A DNA stretch of 64,000 nt from an uncultured Collinsella sp. GTDB lineage: Bacteria; Actinomycetota; Coriobacteriia; Coriobacteriales; Coriobacteriaceae. A model generated the notes under the pieces. The model saw only the letters and a program-made list of their open reading frames with translations, was not told where the DNA came from and did no database searches. How positions within the stretch are numbered: position 1 is the stretch's first letter; each line of letters opens with the position of its first letter. Shown one piece after another: positions 58,533-64,000 of the stretch. Made by a program: the position numbers and the translations under genes. The DNA is taken from NCBI GenBank assembly GCA_902475785.1, contig CABSAN010000006.1:2927-66926 (forward strand), read 5' to 3'.

Positions 58533-58661
58533 GCTTGCCTGCCGGGCGGGGCGGTTAAGTTTGTCGCGAGTTCCGCACGCAAAGGAAAGCACTTAATGTG
58601 CTTTCCGTCTTGCGCAGGACTGTAGAGCAGCAAACTTAACCGCCCCGCCCGGCAGGCAAGC
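58533..58661. repeat. 129-nt rod-like palindrome with perfect 31-bp outer arms
   Basis: gcttgcctgccgggcggggcggttaagtttg (58533-58563) / caaacttaaccgccccgcccggcaggcaagc (58631-58661); inner stems cgcaa/ttgcg and ggaaagcac/gtgctttcc. Confidence 0.92.
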
Positions 58662-58799
58662 GTGCAGGAACGACATCTGTCCAACAATTCGTGCGAAACA
58701 TAATGAAAAACCGTTTGATGTGAGTTAATATAAACAACGTCGTGAATCTGACTCCTGCCGCATGCACGACAGGGGTTAAACACAAAAAAGGAGTCAATT

Positions 58800-59063
58800 A
58801 TGGTTTCTGAGAAGGCTACCCTCGTCAATCCGCAGGGTCTTCACATGCGTCCGGCCGGCCTCTTCGCCTCCACCATGGGCAAGTACGCCTGCGACGTGAC
58901 TGTCGTCACCCCCGAGAAGGAGGTCAACGGCAAGTCCCCGATGGCCCTCATGGCTGCTGGTATCCCCTGTGGTACCGAGGTTGAGGTCAAGTGCGACGGC
59001 GCTGACGAGGCCGAGGCTCTGGCTGCTGCCATCGAGCTCATCAAGAGCGGTCTTGGCGAGTAG
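58800..59063 (+). CDS. ptsH: Phosphocarrier protein HPr
   Basis: NPQGLHMRPA and VNGKS motifs; 87 aa. Confidence 0.93.
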   Translation: MVSEKATLVNPQGLHMRPAGLFASTMGKYACDVTVVTPEKEVNGKSPMALMAAGIPCGTEVEVKCDGADEAEALAAAIELIKSGLGE

Positions 59064-59190
59064 AACTCAAACGGGTCGCATGTTGAACAATTAAGTTCAT
59101 ACTTGGGGGCGCAGTGACCTGTATTAAGGTAGCTGCGCTCTTTTGTCATGGATATGGCAAAACGCTTTATCACATGACACGGAGAGAGGA

Positions 59191-60900
59191 ATGGGAATGT
59201 ATCAGGGAGTCAACGCATCCGAGGGCATCGGTATCGGCACCGTCATGGTCGCCGTCGATCCCGACTTGACGTTTGAACCGCACGCGGTTGCTGATTCGGC
59301 CGCAGAGAAGGAGCGTTATCAGACTGCTCTTTCGGTCTTCTGCGAGAAGACCCAGGCTCAGGCCGACCACATGAAGGAGACGGTGGGCGAGGCCGAGGCC
59401 GAGATCATGAGCGGACACATCGTCCTGGCTCAGGACCCGGGCATGACTGACGCCATCAACGCCGCCATTGACGGCGGCACCTGCGCCGAGCAGGCGCTCA
59501 TGGACACCTCGACCATGTTTGAGAACATGTTCCTGTCCATGGACGACGAGATGTTCCGTCTGCGCGCGGCCGACATCGCCGACATCCGCACCGGTATTCT
59601 GGCCGAGCTGCTGGGCAAGGAGGTCGTCGACCTCTCCGTCCTGCCCGAGAACACTGTCGTTGTCGTGCACGACCTCACGCCGTCCATGACCGCCACGATC
59701 GATAAGGCCCACGTTGCCGGTATCGTCACCGAGACCGGTGGCCGCACGTCGCACTCCGCGATCATTGCGCGCGCCCTCGAGATTCCGGCTGTCCTTTCGG
59801 TCTCTAACAGCTGCACCGCGCTTCGCAACGGTATGACCGTCGTCGTCGACGGTGGCAAGGGTGTTGTTGAAGCTGATCCCGACGAGGAGACGCTCGCCGC
59901 CTACACCGCCAAGGCCGAGGCCTTCGCTGCCGAGAAGGCAGCCCTCGAGGCCTTCCGCGGTAAGCCTTCTGTGACTGCCGATGGCATCAAGAAGATCATT
60001 GCCTGCAACATCGGTAACCCCGATGACGTGCCCAACGCGCTCGATCACGACGCCGAGGCTATCGGTCTGTTCCGTTCTGAGTTCCTGTTCATGGATTCTG
60101 CTGAGCTTCCTTCCGAGGAGGAGCAGTTCAACGCCTACCGCAAGGTCGCCAGCGCGCTCAAGGGCGCTCCGGTTATCATCCGCACGCTCGATGTGGGCGG
60201 CGACAAGGAGATTCCGTATCTCCACATGGTCAAGGAAGACAACCCCTTCATGGGCTTCCGCGCCGTGCGTTACTGTCTGGCCAATCCCGACCAGTACAAG
60301 GTCCAGCTCCGTGCTCTGCTGCGCGCCAGCGCCTTCGGTGACGTCAAGATCATGATCCCGCTCGTCACCTGCGTCGAGGAGGTCGTGGCTGTCAAGGAGC
60401 TCGTCGAGCAGTGCAAGGCCGAGCTGACCGAAGAGGGTCGCAAGTTCAACGAGAACATCGAGGTCGGCATCATGGTTGAGACGCCCGCCGCTTCGCTGCT
60501 CGCTGACCGCCTGGCCGAGGTCGCCGACTTCTTCTCCATCGGCACCAACGACCTGATCGGCTACACCATGTGCGCCGACCGTGGCAACGACACCATCTCC
60601 AACCTGTACCAGGTGTACTATCCCGCCGTGCTCCGCTCGCTCAAGAACATCATCGAGAGCGGCGTGAAGGCCGGCATCATGGTCGGCATGTGCGGCGAGG
60701 CCGCTGCCGATCCGCTGCTTGAGCCGCTGCTGATCAGCTGGGGCCTGGAGGAGTTCTCGATGAGCGCTCCGTCGATCCTGCGCGCCCGCAAGACCATCAG
60801 CCAGTGGACCAAGGCCGAGTGCGACGAGCTCGCCGAGAAGGCGCTCGCCTGCAACACTGCCGCCGAGGTCAAGGCACTGCTCGAGTCCGCAGCTCGTTAA
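59191..60900 (+). CDS. ptsI: PTS enzyme I (PEP-protein phosphotransferase)
   Basis: GGRTSHSAIIAR, GLFRSEFLF, IRTLDVGGDK, FSIGTNDL and GMCGE motifs. Confidence 0.96.
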   Translation: MGMYQGVNASEGIGIGTVMVAVDPDLTFEPHAVADSAAEKERYQTALSVFCEKTQAQADHMKETVGEAEAEIMSGHIVLAQDPGMTDAINAAIDGGTCAEQALMDTSTMFENMFLSMDDEMFRLRAADIADIRTGILAELLGKEVVDLSVLPENTVVVVHDLTPSMTATIDKAHVAGIVTETGGRTSHSAIIARALEIPAVLSVSNSCTALRNGMTVVVDGGKGVVEADPDEETLAAYTAKAEAFAAEKAALEAFRGKPSVTADGIKKIIACNIGNPDDVPNALDHDAEAIGLFRSEFLFMDSAELPSEEEQFNAYRKVASALKGAPVIIRTLDVGGDKEIPYLHMVKEDNPFMGFRAVRYCLANPDQYKVQLRALLRASAFGDVKIMIPLVTCVEEVVAVKELVEQCKAELTEEGRKFNENIEVGIMVETPAASLLADRLAEVADFFSIGTNDLIGYTMCADRGNDTISNLYQVYYPAVLRSLKNIIESGVKAGIMVGMCGEAAADPLLEPLLISWGLEEFSMSAPSILRARKTISQWTKAECDELAEKALACNTAAEVKALLESAAR

Positions 60901-60974
60901 TTTGGTATCAGAGGTAACCGCGTGGTTGGAATGGGCCGGCCACGCGGCCCTCACATATACAGGGGGTACTGTAA

Positions 60975-61907
60975 ATGTTTTACACGCTAACCGCTAACCC
61001 GGCTGTCGACATGACGGTTTCGAGCTCTCCGCTCGAGCCTGACGAGAACGTCCGCACCGGCTCGGCCAGCTACACGGCTAACGGCAAGGGCCTCGACGTG
61101 TCCTTCGCCTTTAAGAAGATGGGTGTCGACACCGTCGCGCTCGGCTTCTTCGCCGGCTTCACGGGCAAGTTCATCGTCGAGGAGGTCATGAATCTGGGTT
61201 GCCTGTGCCGCCCGGTCTGGACTGACGGCATCACGCGTATCAACACCTACGTCAACGATGGCCAGCACGAGTACGGCATCCTGAACCCCGGCGCTCCTAT
61301 TACGCCGCAGCACCAGGAGGAGCTCTACAACATCCTGGACACTGCGGGCGACCTTGAGTGCCTGATTGTCTCCGGTTCCGTGCCTCCCAAAGCTACGCCC
61401 GACTTCCTGGCTCAGGTCATGGAGCATGCTCAGGCCCGTGGCGCCGACGTTGTCCTGGACCTGTCCTCTGACAAGCTCAAGGAGCTCGCTCACAAGAAGC
61501 CGCTGCTCATCAAGCCGAACCATCACGAGATGAAGGCCATCTTCGGCGTGCCGGTCGACACCGACGACGAGGTCCGCGTTGCCATGAAGCTCGCCCACGA
61601 CGCCGGCGTCCAGAACGTGCTGCTCACCCGTGGTAGCCGCGGCGACGCCTACTTCTCCAACGGCGAGGACATCTGGTATGCCAAGCGTGAGTTCAACATC
61701 AAGCTGGTCTCTTCTGTCTGCGCCGGCGACTGCACCCTCGCTGCGTTCCTGCACAAGTGGTACAGGGATCGCGACAACGTCGAGGAGGCCATGAAGCTCG
61801 CTATGGCCACCGGCGCCAACGTTGCCGAGTCCGTGGGCATTGGCGACTTCGGTCACGTTGACGAGTACAGCAAGCGCGTTGCTGTCCGTAAGCTCGATCG
61901 CAAGTAA
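60975..61907 (+). CDS. 1-phosphofructokinase family hexose-phosphate kinase (PfkB), paralog 1
   Basis: TLTANPAVD, NGKGLDVS, LIKPNHHE and SSVCAGD motifs. Confidence 0.88.
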   Translation: MFYTLTANPAVDMTVSSSPLEPDENVRTGSASYTANGKGLDVSFAFKKMGVDTVALGFFAGFTGKFIVEEVMNLGCLCRPVWTDGITRINTYVNDGQHEYGILNPGAPITPQHQEELYNILDTAGDLECLIVSGSVPPKATPDFLAQVMEHAQARGADVVLDLSSDKLKELAHKKPLLIKPNHHEMKAIFGVPVDTDDEVRVAMKLAHDAGVQNVLLTRGSRGDAYFSNGEDIWYAKREFNIKLVSSVCAGDCTLAAFLHKWYRDRDNVEEAMKLAMATGANVAESVGIGDFGHVDEYSKRVAVRKLDRK

Positions 61908-61934
61908 GCGAAAAGCGACAAATTCGTGCGCATG

Positions 61935-61970
61935 CGGCGTCCCGATTTCGATCGGGGCGCCGTTTTTTTT
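61935..61970 (+). terminator. Terminator after kinase 1
   Basis: cggcgtcccgat-ttcg-atcggggcgccg followed by a T-run. Confidence 0.85.
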
Positions 61971-62092
61971 GTACCACCCGAACTTCGACGCCGCACTTCA
62001 CGCGTTCCACACCGTTCGCCGAGTTGTTGTAGCCTTTTGCCGAAGCGTGGAATATACTTTCATTAACACGATGCTTCGTGAAAGGAACATTC

Positions 62093-63025
62093 ATGATTTA
62101 TACGCTCACTGCAAATCCCGCCATTGACTACAACATCTCCTGCGACGGCCTGTCCGCCAATACTGTTACGCGCACCCGTAACGCGGTCTACACCCCCAAC
62201 GGCAAGGGTCTCAACGTCTCGTTTACGCTCGACCACTACGGCGTCGACACCACGATCCTGGGCTTCTTTGCCGGCTTCTCGGGCGAGTTCATCGTTAAGG
62301 GTGCCGAGGCCTTGGGTGTGCCCGTTAAGCCCGTGTGGACTGACGGCATCACCCGAGTCAATGTGTTCCTCAACGCCGGTCCCGACACCGAGTACAACAT
62401 GGTCAATGCCGGTGCCGCCATTAACGAAGCCAACGAGCAGGAGATGTTTGAGCTTATTGATTCGCTCGACGACATGACCTGCCTGGTTATCAGCGGCTCG
62501 CTGCCCCCCAACACCTCTGAGGGCTTCCTGGCCGAGGTCCTGCGTCGCGTGAAGGCCAAGGGTGCTGAGTTCGTGCTCGATATCTCGAGCCATCAGCTGG
62601 CCGATCTCATTGCCATGGAGCCGTTGCTCATTAAGCCCAACGACGACGAGCTGCTCGACATCTTTGGCATTAAGGTGAGCGGTGGCGACGACGAGTCCGT
62701 CAAGGGCGCGATGGCCGAGCTCCACGCCAAGGGCGCCAAGAATGTGCTGTTGACCCTGGGTGGCGACGGCGCGTACTTCTCCAACGGCGAGCACATCTGG
62801 TTTGCCAACCGTACCTTTGAGGTCAAGGTGCTGTCGACTGTCTGCGCTGGCGATTCCTCGCTCGCTGCCTTCCTGTCCGTGTGGCACGATGCCCCCGAGC
62901 GCGTCGAGGACGCCCTGCGCCTTTCGATGGCCACCGGTGCCAACGTGGTTGAGTGCCCTGGTCTGGGCGATTTTGCCAAGGTGGATGAGTACAAGAAGAA
63001 CATCGAAGTTCGTCAGGTCTGCTAG
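62093..63025 (+). CDS. 1-phosphofructokinase family hexose-phosphate kinase (PfkB), paralog 2
   Basis: TLTANPAID, PNGKGLNVS, LIKPNDDEL and STVCAGD motifs. Confidence 0.9.
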   Translation: MIYTLTANPAIDYNISCDGLSANTVTRTRNAVYTPNGKGLNVSFTLDHYGVDTTILGFFAGFSGEFIVKGAEALGVPVKPVWTDGITRVNVFLNAGPDTEYNMVNAGAAINEANEQEMFELIDSLDDMTCLVISGSLPPNTSEGFLAEVLRRVKAKGAEFVLDISSHQLADLIAMEPLLIKPNDDELLDIFGIKVSGGDDESVKGAMAELHAKGAKNVLLTLGGDGAYFSNGEHIWFANRTFEVKVLSTVCAGDSSLAAFLSVWHDAPERVEDALRLSMATGANVVECPGLGDFAKVDEYKKNIEVRQVC

Positions 63026-63047
63026 CCGCATCGATACATCGTTGTCG

Positions 63048-63084
63048 AACACCCGCCTTGGATTTCCGATGCGGGTGTTTTTTT
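63048..63084 (+). terminator. Terminator after kinase 2
   Basis: aacacccgc.ttgg-attt-ccga.gcgggtgtt followed by a T-run. Confidence 0.8.
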
Positions 63085-63221
63085 GCGCGCTTAACGTATA
63101 TGACGTCTGCTGTCTCGTTTTATCGAATCGACGACACGATTGCGTGTGCGCGCTTTCCCGTTTCTTGTTAGACTTCTTGACAACCATCGATTAACGCTCG
63201 CAAGTGCAGGAGGCCATAGGC

Positions 63222-64000
63222 ATGTGTAATGTTTCGCTCAACGGTACGCAGCCGACCGATGCCTCCATCCGTGTCCTGCGTGCGCTCGAGGCAGCCGGTC
63301 TTGAGGCTTGGTACGTAGGCGGTTGGGTGCGCGATGCCCTGATGGGGCGTCCCAGCCACGATGTTGACATGTGTTGTAGCGGCCTGTGGCAGGAGTCCAA
63401 AGCGGCGCTCGAGGCAGCGGATATTGCCGTGGTCGAGTCGGGCATTAAATTTGGCGGCATCACGGCCATTTGCGATGGCGAGCGCATTGAGGTCACCACC
63501 TACCGCTTGGACGGTTTTTACACCGATGGCCGTCACCCCCAGAGTGTGGAGCGTGCAGCGTCGCTTGAGGACGATCTGGCGCGTCGCGACTTTACCGTTA
63601 ACGCTATGGCCTGGCATCCTCAGCGCGGTCTTGTCGACCGCTACGACGGCAAGGGTGATCTGGAGCGCAAGCTGATCCGTGCCGTTGGGGATCCCAAGCG
63701 TCGTTTTAACGAGGACGCGCTTCGCATGCTGCGTGCGGTGCGTTTTGCCTGCCGTCTGGATTTTATGATCGAGCCTAAGACCAAACAGGCACTTGCCGAG
63801 TGCGCGCCGCTTCTCGATGCCGTGGCACGCGAGCGCGTGGGTATTGAGCTTGAGGGCATTCTTTCGACCGGCCACGGGGGAGACGCGATGCTGCGCTACC
63901 CCGAGCTTGTTTGTGCCGCCGTGCCCGAGCTCGCGCCCGCTCGCGGGTTTGATCAGCGCAGCGTCTATCATGCGTTTAACGTTTACGAGCACATCGCCCG
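63222..64000 (+). CDS. cca: CCA tRNA nucleotidyltransferase (3'-truncated; absent from the supplied ORF track)
   Basis: Manual translation gives WYVGGWVRDALMGRPSHDVD, IEVTTYR, EDDLARRDFTVNAMA and FNEDALRMLRAVRF; AGGAGG RBS; runs off the window end. Confidence 0.92.
   Translation, partial: MCNVSLNGTQPTDASIRVLRALEAAGLEAWYVGGWVRDALMGRPSHDVDMCCSGLWQESKAALEAADIAVVESGIKFGGITAICDGERIEVTTYRLDGFYTDGRHPQSVERAASLEDDLARRDFTVNAMAWHPQRGLVDRYDGKGDLERKLIRAVGDPKRRFNEDALRMLRAVRFACRLDFMIEPKTKQALAECAPLLDAVARERVGIELEGILSTGHGGDAMLRYPELVCAAVPELAPARGFDQRSVYHAFNVYEHIA

Noticed and set aside
59154..59172. LacI/cre-like site (GCAAAACGCTTTATC) before ptsI
   Set aside because: Single weak match with no LacI-family gene in the window; not supportable from this sequence alone.
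63168..63992. 274-aa minus-strand ORF at the window end
   Set aside because: Antisense to the cca gene, which the ORF track missed because it has no stop codon inside the window.

Overview
High-GC (about 60% by eye) bacterial chromosomal segment. Gene content and Firmicutes-like synteny in a high-GC background suggest Coriobacteriia (Collinsella-like); this is an inference. Most of the window is core housekeeping: dnaG(3' part)-rpoD-2x tRNA-Asn, asp23-DAK2-recG-rsmD-coaD-yceD-rpmF-plsX-acpP-rnc-smc-ftsY-ffh, thyA-folA, ftsH, T-box-ileS-lspA-rluD, rarA, a sigB-like operon, alaS-ruvX-mltG-yqeG-aroK-aroB-like, efp-nusB-xseB-tlyA-nadK-recN, an RpiR-linked fructose-family PTS locus and a partial cca. 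The most striking non-core signal is an intact HUH/Y1 tyrosine transposase (RAYT/TnpA-REP-like, 23228-23998). It is enclosed by 76-bp terminal inverted repeats built from tandem 27-bp hairpin units, and their terminal CTAG tetramers supply the stop codons of both convergent neighbours. A gene-less miniature of these ends sits at 31693-31749, and several other palindromic intergenic families are scattered through the window, including a ~160-nt element present twice with compensatory base changes. Other notable items: an Ile T-box with a non-canonical bulge, catalytically degenerate AroB and RsbW homologues, and two candidate operator motifs. All calls were made by reading the sequence; no searches or folding programs were run.
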